Below are positions 20,056 through 30,012 of a stretch of 64,000 nucleotides of DNA, in pieces. The notes beneath the pieces are model-generated. The model saw only the letters and a list, made by a program, of their open reading frames with translations. It made no database searches and was not told the DNA's origin. The stretch lies in the NCBI GenBank assembly GCA_965203965.1, contig CBDBDR010000017.1, positions 160,001 to 224,000 on the forward strand, given 5' to 3'. Made by a program: the position numbers and the translations under genes. The stretch is from Thermodesulfobacteriota bacterium. GTDB taxonomy: Bacteria > Desulfobacterota_D > UBA1144 > Nemesobacterales > JAJCZQ01. Each line of letters opens with the position of its first letter. The stretch's first letter is position 1.

Positions 20056-21440
20056 ATGAAAATAAAGATTCTATTTTTAGTATTAACTATTTTTATATTT
20101 TTGAATAATTTAGAGGTAAATGCGGAGAATGAGGAAGAAGTTAATATTGATGAAATAATTCAGTCCATAGATGAAGAGTTTAGAAAATTAAGTTCATCAA
20201 ATGCCGACACATCCAATATAAGTAGAAATATTAATGATCATCTGGACAAATTCTATAAAATCCATCGAGATATATCAGTTATAGCAAATGATTATATACC
20301 ATTGCTTATAAAATACATTGATACCGGAAATAAAAAACAAACTGGAACCGCAATTTTTGAGTTGTCTTTGTATTTATTACTTTCTCCACTTAGTGAAAGA
20401 TCTGTGCTTTATAAACCTCTGGTGTATGAGCTATCCAAAGAAGAAATTGAAATTTTGCATGAAAAATTAGCTCCTTTATTCAATAAAACATTTCGTGAAC
20501 TGCCATATTATGAACTGCCATATTTTCTTATAGAGAATATTCAACCGCGACCTTCGTAAAATTAGAAGTTAATTCTAAAAAGGAATATTTTTTGACCGGA
20601 ACGTTGTATGGTTACAGTTTCAGTCGTTCCCTGGTATACACCAAAGAGGTGCCTCCCAAGGAAACTTATTTTGGTTTTGTAGTAAAATTCAATGAGTCTG
20701 GTGATGTTTTGTGGAATAAAACATTTGATTATGAGGGATATGATAGGATAACAGACATTTTACCTTTAGAGGGAGGTGGGGTAGTAGTAACCGGGCATTA
20801 TGGTGATCCTGGGTTAGCTGCTTGGCTTAACAGTGGAGAGATGACTTATATAAGGCATTATGATTCGAACGGGAAATTGCTGCAAGAGAGAGAATTTAGT
20901 GGCAGATTTGGGAGTATAAAGTATTTTAAGAAAGATGATTCTCTGCTTAGTTCTCTGACCAGATTTTTGAAGGGATATGGAAGTATAAAGTATGTATTTC
21001 TATACGATAGCGGTAATTACCGAGAGATGTTTGATAAACTGGATAAATTAGATAAATCAGTAGCTAGAAGAGTAATTGATCAGGATTTAAAACTGGTTTT
21101 CTTAGATTCTGAGCTAAAGGAAATAAAAACCGCAGATATATACAACTTGGTGAATCACATTGTTGTAGAAAAAACAAAAATACCGATTCTGCCATCATTG
21201 TTTGAAATTATTTCTGCTGATAGAGGGGTATTAATTGCAGGAAATAAACATAGTAACCCATTGTTTATTAAATTTGATAATAAGGGTAATAAAGAATGGA
21301 CTTACCATGGTGATAATTTTAAAAGATCATTTGAATGGGATATTTCATATATTGTGGTTGGTAAGAAAATATATTTTATTTCTGAAACTTTAGAAGATAG
21401 TAAGAGTTTTCGGATTATACAGTTTGGGCTACGGAAATGA
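20056..21440 (+). CDS. Secreted hypothetical protein (C-terminal part beta-propeller-like), split into two ORFs by a probable 1-nt frameshift near 20523-20526
   Basis: ORF 20056-20559 has a signal peptide. The frame of ORF 20592-21440 is open from 20514, overlaps it and has only a weak TTG start. Motifs FVVKFNESGDVLWNK and FIKFDNKGNKEW. Confidence 0.65.
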
Positions 21441-21493
21441 TTTGTTTTATAACTTTGAATATATAGGTAAGAGTTGAGTATTTATGATGACAA

Positions 21494-21516
21494 TGAGTAG
21501 AAGAGTTTTTGCACAC
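21494..21516 (+). repeat. 23-bp direct repeat, copy 2
   Basis: TGAGTAGAAGAGTTTTTGCACAC. Confidence 0.85.
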
Positions 21517-21833
21517 GAGTTGTGGATGTTGAGAATAGAATATTTATGCATATCGCTTATTGTATTAGTGCTATCTGGATAGAAACATTTCTTAAAGGGT
21601 TATGGGGGGGGCGATGTTGGAAGCATATAAGAAGGGGATCAACGGTTATCTAAAACCTGTGGTGAAAGGCAATCAGTAGCTGGTGGTATTTGTAATGTTT
21701 GTTCAGAATGGCGATCTAATAATATAGTTTTTGCGTTTGATTTCCAACTTGTTCATGTTGAATGGGGATTTTTAATGTCTTGTGGTTCAATGTTATGATA
21801 TAATGTTAAGATTTTACGTTTCGGGAGGGTTCT

Positions 21834-22253
21834 ATGGTTCGGATAATGTGTTGGTTGGATTCTGAGGACTACTGGCATTTACATAATATGCAAGAAGGTA
21901 ATCAGGCAATAGACTATTATGCGTATAGGTTTAACGTTGATGATAGCTCGGAAGCTCCTGATCCAACCCCGGTCAATTTGATAGTGATTGAGATGGTTAA
22001 TGCAAATATGGCAGTGGGTTTTGTTTTGTCTCCTAATTTTAAGATTGAGAAGGAATTGGAGATTGGTTTTATATGTCAAGAAAAGCCCGACAAAGGTATT
22101 CCACTTGCGTGTAAACTTTCGGATGAGGTGAAGAATACCAAGTATGCAGGTACAGATATTCACAGGATTGAATATATAGGCTTTACTCTAGAGAAGTTTT
22201 ACGAAAATAAGGGTGCGAAATTTTACCTCCACGATTTAAGGCACTCTAAATAG
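21834..22253 (+). CDS. Hypothetical protein
   Basis: 139-aa ORF, GGGAGG SD, TATAAT upstream, first gene before argG. Confidence 0.75.
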   Translation: MVRIMCWLDSEDYWHLHNMQEGNQAIDYYAYRFNVDDSSEAPDPTPVNLIVIEMVNANMAVGFVLSPNFKIEKELEIGFICQEKPDKGIPLACKLSDEVKNTKYAGTDIHRIEYIGFTLEKFYENKGAKFYLHDLRHSK

Positions 22254-22285
22254 TAATTTTTTGGAACAACGTTCAAGGATAATCA

Positions 22286-23482
22286 ATGCCGAAGAATAAC
22301 AGTATTGTGCTGGCTTATTCCGGCGGTCTTGACACTTCAATTATTCTGAAATGGCTGACCGTGGAACACAAAGCGGAAGTTATAGCATACGTAGCTGATC
22401 TGGGTCAGGGGGAAGACATTGAAGAAATAAGGAAAAAGGCTATAAAAACCGGTGCAAGCAAGGTATTTGTTGAAGATCTGAAAGAGGAGTTTGTTAAAGA
22501 TTTTGTCTATCCCGCTATCAAGTCCAATGCGATATATGAAGGTACTTATTTGCTTGGCACGTCACTTGCAAGACCTCTGATCGCAAAGAGGCAAGTAGAA
22601 ATAGCTCAGCAAGAAAAAGCTTTTGCCGTTTCTCATGGAGCAACGGGTAAGGGTAATGACCAAGTGAGGTTTGAGTTGACTTTTTATGCTTTGGATCCTC
22701 ATATAAAAGTAATTGCTCCTTGGAGGGAATGGGATCTTAGATCCAGAAATGATCTAATAAAATTTGCAGAGAGCAATGGAATTGAGGTACCCGTTACAAA
22801 AGAAAAACCTTACAGTTGCGATAGGAATCTGATGCACGTCAGTTATGAAGGGGGGGTTCTTGAAGACCCATGGACTGAACCGCCGGAGTCAATGTTTGAA
22901 ATGACGGTGTCACCGGAAAATGCTCCGAATGAACCAACTTTTATGGAGATTGAATTTGAGAAAGGTGAGCCAGTTGGAGTTGACGGTAGAAAACTGACGC
23001 CTGTTAAATTGTTGTCCGAGTTGAACGAAGTTGCCGGCAAAAATGGAATAGGGAGAGTTGATATTGTTGAAAATCGTTTTGTTGGGATGAAGTCAAGGGG
23101 TGTTTATGAAACTCCGGGTGCAACTCTTTTGCACGTGGCACACAGAGCCGTGGAATCATTAACCATGGACAGGGAGGTTATGCACCTTAGGGATTCTCTT
23201 GTGCCGAAAATATCCGAGCTTATTTATTACGGTTTGTGGTATGCTCCGGAAATGGAAATGCTTATGGCTGCTGTTGCAGATTCGCAGAAAAATGTTTATG
23301 GAGTGGCAAGGTTAAAGTTATACAAAGGTAACGTAACAGTTGTGGGACGTAGATCTCCCAAGTCCCTTTACTCACAAGACCTTGCAACTTTTGAGGAAGA
23401 TGAGATTTACGAGCAATCTGATGCTACGGGATTCATAAAACTGAATGCTCTTAGGCTTAAAATGAAGAAAATTCTCCCATAG
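22286..23482 (+). CDS. argG: Argininosuccinate synthase
   Basis: [41 protein letters not shown]. Confidence 0.98.
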   Translation: MPKNNSIVLAYSGGLDTSIILKWLTVEHKAEVIAYVADLGQGEDIEEIRKKAIKTGASKVFVEDLKEEFVKDFVYPAIKSNAIYEGTYLLGTSLARPLIAKRQVEIAQQEKAFAVSHGATGKGNDQVRFELTFYALDPHIKVIAPWREWDLRSRNDLIKFAESNGIEVPVTKEKPYSCDRNLMHVSYEGGVLEDPWTEPPESMFEMTVSPENAPNEPTFMEIEFEKGEPVGVDGRKLTPVKLLSELNEVAGKNGIGRVDIVENRFVGMKSRGVYETPGATLLHVAHRAVESLTMDREVMHLRDSLVPKISELIYYGLWYAPEMEMLMAAVADSQKNVYGVARLKLYKGNVTVVGRRSPKSLYSQDLATFEEDEIYEQSDATGFIKLNALRLKMKKILP

Positions 23483-24475
23483 ATGAAAACAAGTGATTTT
23501 GACTACCATCTTCCGCAAGGGCTTATTGCAAGATATCCACTTGAAAAGAGAGATGAGTCCAGACTTCTTACCCTGAACAGACGGAACGGACTTATAGCTC
23601 ATAAAAAATTTTCTGATATTCTGGACTATTTAAAAGAAGATGACCTTCTTGTCCTGAACAATACAAAGGTGGTTCCGGCAAAACTTGTCGGTCAGGTCAG
23701 CAACAATAAAGTGCAAATTCTACTTACTGATAGAATTTCTAGCACCGAATGGAAACTCCTGATAAAAAATCCTAAAAATAACAGTGTGATTGAATTTGAA
23801 AATGGAATAAAAGGGACTTTGATAAAAAGCAGTTCAGGTGGTTGGTTAATTAGGTTCAGTAAGTCTATTGATAAATACATATATGATTTTGGTGAAATGC
23901 CACTTCCTCCTTACATGGGAAGATCCTCGGAGGAAAAGGATAAAGAGACTTACCAAACTGTCTTTGCGGAAAAGGAAGGTGCAATAGCTGCTCCAACTGC
24001 AGGACTTCACTTTACAAGTGAATTGCTGAAGAAGATAAAAAAAATTGGTGTGGAAGTGAGGTTCATAACCCTTCACGCGGGTATTGGAACCTTCAGACCC
24101 GTTAAGTCGGAATACATTACAAATCACGTAATGCACAAAGAACTTGTAGAAATTCCCGAGCAAACGTTTGATGCTATATTAAATGCAAAAGAAAACTCGA
24201 GAAGATTGGTGGCGGTGGGAACTACCGTTGTCAGGGCTTTGGAGTCCGCGGCTAAGTTTGATTCTTTAACCTTCAATACAGACCTGTTCATTGTCCCGCC
24301 ATATAATTTTCAGTTTATTGATGCGATGATAACCAATTTTCACTTGCCACGATCTACACTGCTGATGCTTGTATCGGCATTTTGTTCAAGGGATATGCTG
24401 TTTACTGCATATCGTGAGGCAATACAGCGGAAATACCGTATGTTGAGCTATGGTGATGCAATGTTTATTTATTGA
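23483..24475 (+). CDS. queA: SAM:tRNA ribosyltransferase-isomerase
   Basis: FDYHLP, PLPPY, AAPTAGLHF, VGTTVVRALE, TNFHLPRSTL, SYGDAM. Confidence 0.97.
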   Translation: MKTSDFDYHLPQGLIARYPLEKRDESRLLTLNRRNGLIAHKKFSDILDYLKEDDLLVLNNTKVVPAKLVGQVSNNKVQILLTDRISSTEWKLLIKNPKNNSVIEFENGIKGTLIKSSSGGWLIRFSKSIDKYIYDFGEMPLPPYMGRSSEEKDKETYQTVFAEKEGAIAAPTAGLHFTSELLKKIKKIGVEVRFITLHAGIGTFRPVKSEYITNHVMHKELVEIPEQTFDAILNAKENSRRLVAVGTTVVRALESAAKFDSLTFNTDLFIVPPYNFQFIDAMITNFHLPRSTLLMLVSAFCSRDMLFTAYREAIQRKYRMLSYGDAMFIY

Positions 24476-24523
24476 TGGAATAAAGATAGAATTGAAGTAA
24501 CCTGTTGTTCAAAGGAGGTTTGT

Positions 24524-25510
24524 ATGTCTTCACTAATTACGGGAGCCACCGGATTTATTGGTTCACACATAGCGCAGAAGTTGGTAGAAAGGGGCGAGAA
24601 AGTTAAGGTGCTTCTCAGAAAAACGAGTAAAACAAAAAACATTGATCATCTAGACGTTGAAAGAGTTTACGGAGATATACTTGACAAGGAGTCAGTTCTG
24701 AATGCACTGCGAGGTTGTGATACTTTGTATCATTCAGCTGGGTTTGTTTCCTTCAGGAAAAAAGATTATAGCAAGATGGAGGAGATAAACGTTCAGGGCT
24801 CAAATAAAGTCCTTTCAGCCGCGGTTGAAGCTGGTGTTAAGAGAGTTGTATTTACAAGTAGTGTCGCGGCACTTGGTCCTGCACCGAAAAATAGTTTAAT
24901 AACCGAGGATACTATAACGGATTTTCGTTCTGCTGGGATCTGCTATATGAACGTAAAGAAAGACGCGGAAGATGCAGCTCTTGATTTTTGCTCTCAGGGG
25001 CTTGACGTTGTCGTTACAAATCCCTCGGTAGTCCTTGGACCAGGGGACATTTATCTGTCCAGTGCCGGGTCCGTTATGTGGTATTGCAAAAGGCGATTTC
25101 CAGGATACATGGATGGGACCTTAAATATTACAGATGTAGAAGACGTGGCGGAGGGGCATATACTTGCTGCCGAAAAAGGGAAATCGGGCGAGCGGTATAT
25201 TCTGGGTAATACCAACGTTACGGTTCTTGAGTATTTCAAATTGCTTGAAAAAATAACCGGAATTCCCTCACCAAAGTTTAAGATCCCTTATTTTATTTCC
25301 TATGGAACTGCTTATCTGGTAGAGAGAATTTTGGGGTTTGATTTTCCCAATACGTCAACGATGGACTTGGATTCAGTAAAACTGACGCGTTACAACTGGC
25401 ACGTGGACAGCTCAAAAGCCGAATGTGAGCTCGGATACAATAAAACTCCCATAGAGGAAACGATAAGGAAGACATTTGACTGGTTTAAGGCAAATGGTTA
25501 CTTGGGTTAG
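24524..25510 (+). CDS. NAD-dependent epimerase/dehydratase (HpnA/dihydroflavonol-reductase-like)
   Basis: TGATGFIG, FTSS, YxxxK (YMNVK), DVEDVAEGH, GERYILG. Confidence 0.85.
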   Translation: MSSLITGATGFIGSHIAQKLVERGEKVKVLLRKTSKTKNIDHLDVERVYGDILDKESVLNALRGCDTLYHSAGFVSFRKKDYSKMEEINVQGSNKVLSAAVEAGVKRVVFTSSVAALGPAPKNSLITEDTITDFRSAGICYMNVKKDAEDAALDFCSQGLDVVVTNPSVVLGPGDIYLSSAGSVMWYCKRRFPGYMDGTLNITDVEDVAEGHILAAEKGKSGERYILGNTNVTVLEYFKLLEKITGIPSPKFKIPYFISYGTAYLVERILGFDFPNTSTMDLDSVKLTRYNWHVDSSKAECELGYNKTPIEETIRKTFDWFKANGYLG

Positions 25511-25531
25511 ATTTTTATAAAATTATTTATC

Positions 25532-26605
25532 ATGCCCGGAAACACGTTTGGAAGATTGTTCAGAATAACCACCTGGGGAGAGTCCCACGGAAAAGCCGTC
25601 GGAGTGGTGCTTGATGGGTGCCCGGCTGGACTTGAGATCTCAGAGGAAGAGATACAAGTTGAGCTTGATAGAAGGAGACCGGGTCAGAGCAGCATAACAA
25701 CTCAGAGAAAAGAGCCTGATAAAGTTGAGATATTATCAGGTGTTTTTGAAGGCAAAACTACAGGAACTCCGATTTCCATGATCGTAAGAAATCTGGATGC
25801 TATCTCCAGATCTTATGAAGAAATAAAAAACATTTATAGACCTGGTCATGCTGATTTTACATACGACCAGAAATATGGCTTCAGGGATCACAGAGGAGGG
25901 GGTAGATCATCTAATCGCGAGACAGTTGGAAGAGTTGCCGCGGGGGCAATAGCAAAGAAGATATTGAAAAAAGAGGGGATAATAACTGTTGGATACGTAA
26001 AGCAGGTTGGAAACATAAAAGCCGAGAAATTTGATCTCGAGCAGATTAAAAAAAATCCTGTTAGATGTCCTGACAAAAACAAGGCAGTTCAAATGATAGG
26101 GTTGATCGAGAAAGTCAGGAAGGAAGGTGATTCAATAGGAGGAATTGTTGAAGTCATATCTGCGGGTATGCCAAGTGGGTTAGGTGAACCGGTTTTCAAC
26201 AAACTGGATGCTGATCTTGCGGCGGCGTTAATGAGCCTTGGAGGCATCAGGGGTTTTGAAGTCGGTCTTGGATTTGCAGTAGCGGATAAAAGAGGTTCTG
26301 AAGCAAACGACCTGATGTATAAAAAGAAAGACGGCAAACTGGGTTTTAAGACAAATAACGCCGGTGGCATACTGGGTGGTATATCAAATGGTGAGAACCT
26401 TATTGTCAGAATAGCAATTAAGCCCACTTCTTCAATATCAAAGGTGCAAAAAACAGTGGATAAGAAAGGTGAAGACAAAGAGTTGGTAGTAAAAGGAAGG
26501 CATGACCCGTGTCTTTGCCCAAGGGCGGTGCCCATAGCGGAATCTATGGTGAATTTAGTTTTGGTTGACCATCTGTTTATGTCCGGGGTTGCAAAATGGT
26601 TTTGA
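25532..26605 (+). CDS. aroC: Chorismate synthase
   Basis: GESHG, RPGHAD, RGGGRSS.RET, GGISNG, GRHDPC. Confidence 0.98.
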   Translation: MPGNTFGRLFRITTWGESHGKAVGVVLDGCPAGLEISEEEIQVELDRRRPGQSSITTQRKEPDKVEILSGVFEGKTTGTPISMIVRNLDAISRSYEEIKNIYRPGHADFTYDQKYGFRDHRGGGRSSNRETVGRVAAGAIAKKILKKEGIITVGYVKQVGNIKAEKFDLEQIKKNPVRCPDKNKAVQMIGLIEKVRKEGDSIGGIVEVISAGMPSGLGEPVFNKLDADLAAALMSLGGIRGFEVGLGFAVADKRGSEANDLMYKKKDGKLGFKTNNAGGILGGISNGENLIVRIAIKPTSSISKVQKTVDKKGEDKELVVKGRHDPCLCPRAVPIAESMVNLVLVDHLFMSGVAKWF

Positions 26606-26949
26606 CTAAAGACATTAAATTCAGGATTTTTGTGGAAAGTGATATGGTTTATTTTGGAGATTTTAGCGAGTTTCCGCAAGAGCAAAAGGAAAGGATGGTT
26701 GAAGCATTGGATGAATGGGGTGAAGTGCTTGGAAAAAGTGGTTTGAGGGAGATGATATTTTCATTGCTTGCATTTTATGATCAAAGGCAGTATGAGTGCA
26801 TAAAGTGCCGTGAAAATAGCAATGAAAACGCTGTCTGTCCTGTTTGTGGAGAAAAAATGTCTTTCCAAAGCAAATATGCTAAAAATGAAAAAATATCAGC
26901 ATTGCTGAACTGTATTGGCATGATAACTCATTTGGAGATTGAGCGCTAA
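26596..26949 (+). CDS. Hypothetical protein with zinc-ribbon motif
   Basis: CIKC-x9-CPVC; overlaps the aroC stop. Confidence 0.65.
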   Translation: MVLTKDIKFRIFVESDMVYFGDFSEFPQEQKERMVEALDEWGEVLGKSGLREMIFSLLAFYDQRQYECIKCRENSNENAVCPVCGEKMSFQSKYAKNEKISALLNCIGMITHLEIER

Positions 26950-26950
26950 A

Positions 26951-27238
26951 ATGAAAATAGTAGTAAAAGGACAAGTTTTTCCAAAGATATGGGACATTGC
27001 GAGCAGCGTAGAAAAGATGAAGAACTGTCGCAAGAATTTTAATCTTGGCTCCGGAACAGTTAGCTACTCAGTTTATGAGGTTACCCTTCCGGATGATACA
27101 AAAAAAGAAGGAAACTATTTAATTACTCCACAGGGTGTCAAACTCTATTTCAACCAAGGTGGTAATTATGGAGTTGATTATCTTATTTCAGAATTAGATA
27201 GTGATCCGTTTGTTTCAAGGCATTTTCAGGAGGATTGA
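26951..27238 (+). CDS. Hypothetical protein
   Basis: ATG 1 nt after the preceding stop; 95 aa. Confidence 0.6.
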   Translation: MKIVVKGQVFPKIWDIASSVEKMKNCRKNFNLGSGTVSYSVYEVTLPDDTKKEGNYLITPQGVKLYFNQGGNYGVDYLISELDSDPFVSRHFQED

Positions 27239-27308
27239 TTTCTGGTGTGTTAAATATGATCACTTGCTTTCTCTTTTGTTATTTTCTCTTATTTGACGTT
27301 TGATCAGA

Positions 27309-28445
27309 TCAACTACCTAAAATTTCAGTTGCTTTCGTAACACCTGCTCCAAAGTTGAAACTGTGCCCCAGTTTTTTAAGAGTGGATTCCAATGCAGAAA
27401 TAATAGCTATTGTGTCCGTTGTTTCTATATCTCCAATGTGAGAGAATCTGAATATTTTACCTTTTGCATGGTCTTGACCACCTGCTATTGTCATACCGAA
27501 ATTGTTTTTTAATTCCTTGATAATTTTTGCCGCCCCGATCTCTTGGGGTGCAATGCCGACCGTTAAAGCTGTGCTGGGAGAGTCTTTGGCAAATAGTTCT
27601 ATGTTCATTGCAATTAATGCTTCTCTGGATGCACAGGACAGATTCTCGTGCCTTTTATACATATTTTCAAGTCCTTCACTTGAAAAATTTTTCAAAACTT
27701 TAACCAGTCCGATGATAAGGGTTACCGCCGGTGTCCACGGTGTAGTGTTGTTAGATGCACTTTTTTGATAGCTTTTCAGGTCAAAATAAAACTTGGGAAG
27801 ATCAGAAGTTTCATTAAATTTCCATGCTTTTTTGCTGAGTGCAATAAAAGCCAGTCCAGGTGGCATCATAAAGGCTTTTTGTGAACCTCCCACCAAAACG
27901 TCAATGCCAAGTCTGTCAAAATTCAGCGGAAATACGCCGACTGCAGTTATACCGTCTACAAGTAATAATACATCCTCTCTTACATTGGTTATTTTTGCTA
28001 TTTCCTCCGTTGGGTGCATAACCCCGGTTGACGTTTCACTTGCCTGTAACAGAACTGCTTTTATTGACGGGTCGTTATCAAGTGCCTCTTTAATTGAAGA
28101 AGGATCAACGGCCTTACCCCATTCCACTGAGATCTCCTGCACTTCAAGCCCGTAGGCTTTTGCAATTTTTGTCCATCTTTCGCCGAATTTACCTCCGTTT
28201 ACAACAAGCACCTTGTCGCCTGTGGACATGGTGTTGGCAACTGCAGCTTCCATTGCCCCTGTTCCCGATGATGCGAGTATGAATACCTCTTGGTCTGTTT
28301 GATATATATACTTGAGACCTTTTCTGACCTCTTCAACTATGCTCTCAAACTCTTTCGTTCTATGGTGTATAATAGGTTTTGCCATTTCAACCAGCACATC
28401 ACTGGGAACGGGAACGGGCCCGGGGGTAAATACGTATTGTTTCAC
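27309..28445 (-). CDS. Class V aminotransferase (serine-pyruvate/alanine-glyoxylate family)
   Basis: TPGP, SGTGAMEA, ETSTGV, GSQKAFMMPPGL, TPWTP, GGQD. Confidence 0.9.
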   Translation of the reverse strand: MKQYVFTPGPVPVPSDVLVEMAKPIIHHRTKEFESIVEEVRKGLKYIYQTDQEVFILASSGTGAMEAAVANTMSTGDKVLVVNGGKFGERWTKIAKAYGLEVQEISVEWGKAVDPSSIKEALDNDPSIKAVLLQASETSTGVMHPTEEIAKITNVREDVLLLVDGITAVGVFPLNFDRLGIDVLVGGSQKAFMMPPGLAFIALSKKAWKFNETSDLPKFYFDLKSYQKSASNNTTPWTPAVTLIIGLVKVLKNFSSEGLENMYKRHENLSCASREALIAMNIELFAKDSPSTALTVGIAPQEIGAAKIIKELKNNFGMTIAGGQDHAKGKIFRFSHIGDIETTDTIAIISALESTLKKLGHSFNFGAGVTKATEILGS

Positions 28446-28711
28446 TTTTAACTCCTCTTAAAAATACTATTGTTGAATTAGAAACGGACAAGCTACCTGA
28501 TGGGGTATCAAAATCAAATGAGATTTAACTGCATTGTTTTTACACGCGTAAGTGGTGATACACCCTTTGGCTATTTTTACGATTTCAGTTAAATGGTTGC
28601 TTTTAATGGGATATAAATTTTATAACTAATTTATTGCCAATAAAGCCTAATTGCTTTGAATTCATGAATGGTTTACCATAATATTATAATTGATTTACGG
28701 GGGAGACAAGA

Positions 28712-29371
28712 TTGAAAAAAACTTTATATTCATTAATGCTTCTTATAGGAGTGGCGATACCGGTCTTACTATTGACTTCTATGCGGGATGGGGAGCGCAA
28801 GTCTGAAAATACCCAGAAGGGGGAGAAAATCATGGTCAAAAAAGATGGATTAAGGACTGCAACGTTAGCCGGTGGGTGTTTCTGGTGTATGGAGCCTCCA
28901 TTTGAAAAACTGGAAGGTGTTATTAATGTAGCGTCTGGATATTCGGGAGGAGAGGAAGTTGATCCGACTTATGGACAGGTTTCTTCTGGTGCTACCAGCC
29001 ACGTTGAATCTATTGAAATATTATATGACCCTAATAAAGTATCTTATGAAAAGATCCTTGAGATATTCTGGATGAATATTGATCCCACGCAGGTAAATGG
29101 TCAGTTTGCCGACAGAGGTAGGCAATACAGGACAGTAATCTTTTACCATGATGATGAGCAAAAGAAAAAAGCTGAGGAGTCAAAAAAGAAACTGGAAAAG
29201 TCCGGAAAATTTGATAAACCCATAGTTACCTCCATTGAGCCTTTTAACTCTTTTTATAAAGCTGAGGAGTATCATCAAGACTACTATAAAAAGAATCCCA
29301 TCCGCTATAAAATGTATAAAATAGGTTCGGGAAGAGAAGGTTTTATCAAAAGAACATGGGGCAAAAAATAG
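28712..29371 (+). CDS. msrA: Peptide-methionine (S)-S-oxide reductase with N-terminal signal/anchor
   Basis: AGGCFWCME, SGYSGG, DRGRQYR, AEEYHQDYY. Confidence 0.95.
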   Translation: MKKTLYSLMLLIGVAIPVLLLTSMRDGERKSENTQKGEKIMVKKDGLRTATLAGGCFWCMEPPFEKLEGVINVASGYSGGEEVDPTYGQVSSGATSHVESIEILYDPNKVSYEKILEIFWMNIDPTQVNGQFADRGRQYRTVIFYHDDEQKKKAEESKKKLEKSGKFDKPIVTSIEPFNSFYKAEEYHQDYYKKNPIRYKMYKIGSGREGFIKRTWGKK

Positions 29372-29420
29372 CAAGTTGATCACCGGATCTGATCATCTGG
29401 GTAAATTATTGCAATATGAA

Positions 29421-29954
29421 TTATTTGATGATTGAGTAGTTGGAATTGAGATAGGCAATGATCTCATCAATTGCCCTACCTCCGGAGCCTAAAATTATTC
29501 CACCGCTGATTAATCCCATCTTTGAACTACCTTCAAATCTGGCTTCCGCAATTACAACTTCTTCTTGTTTATCAATAAATCTTACTCCAATAACGATCTT
29601 GGTAGTTTTGACGACCTGCTTATACCATTCGGGTGGCTGAATACTAATGATAGTTCCTTCAATTAACATAACACCAGCACTGTTAGCTTCAACTGGTGAC
29701 CTACTAACACCGCTGAAGGTGCGTTCTTGCCTGAGTTTTTTGGCAAACTGGTTTGCCAGCTGCCATTGAAGTTCAGGGGGGGAATTTGGAATATCAGATT
29801 TGAAATCGGGAATTTCAACTATTTCATAATTCGCAAATTTTCTTTCAGGAGACAGTGTCTCAAAAGTTCTTCTTGAACCGCAAGATACTAATATTATGGT
29901 TATGGTAGTGAGAATAAGAATGTAATTAATAGCTTTCTTCTTTTTTACCTTCAT
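29421..29954 (-). CDS. Lipoprotein (DUF4410-like)
   Basis: Basic N-terminus, hydrophobic core, LVSC lipobox; family assignment tentative. Confidence 0.65.
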   Translation of the reverse strand: MKVKKKKAINYILILTTITIILVSCGSRRTFETLSPERKFANYEIVEIPDFKSDIPNSPPELQWQLANQFAKKLRQERTFSGVSRSPVEANSAGVMLIEGTIISIQPPEWYKQVVKTTKIVIGVRFIDKQEEVVIAEARFEGSSKMGLISGGIILGSGGRAIDEIIAYLNSNYSIIK

Positions 29955-30012
29955 GGTGTTAATTATGTTGTATAGCTCTTTTATTGTAAAGATCAAATGA
30001 TTTGAGCTTTGA

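Noticed and set aside
21517..21760. Non-coding tract with a G8 run (21604-21611) as a phase-variation switch
   Set aside because: I could not tie it to any ORF or promoter; probably decayed accessory DNA.
26089..26685. 198-aa antisense ORF (and similar shadow ORFs such as 30685-31191 and 27793-28155)
   Set aside because: They lie opposite or inside well-supported genes (aroC, mqnC, aminotransferase) and have no motifs.
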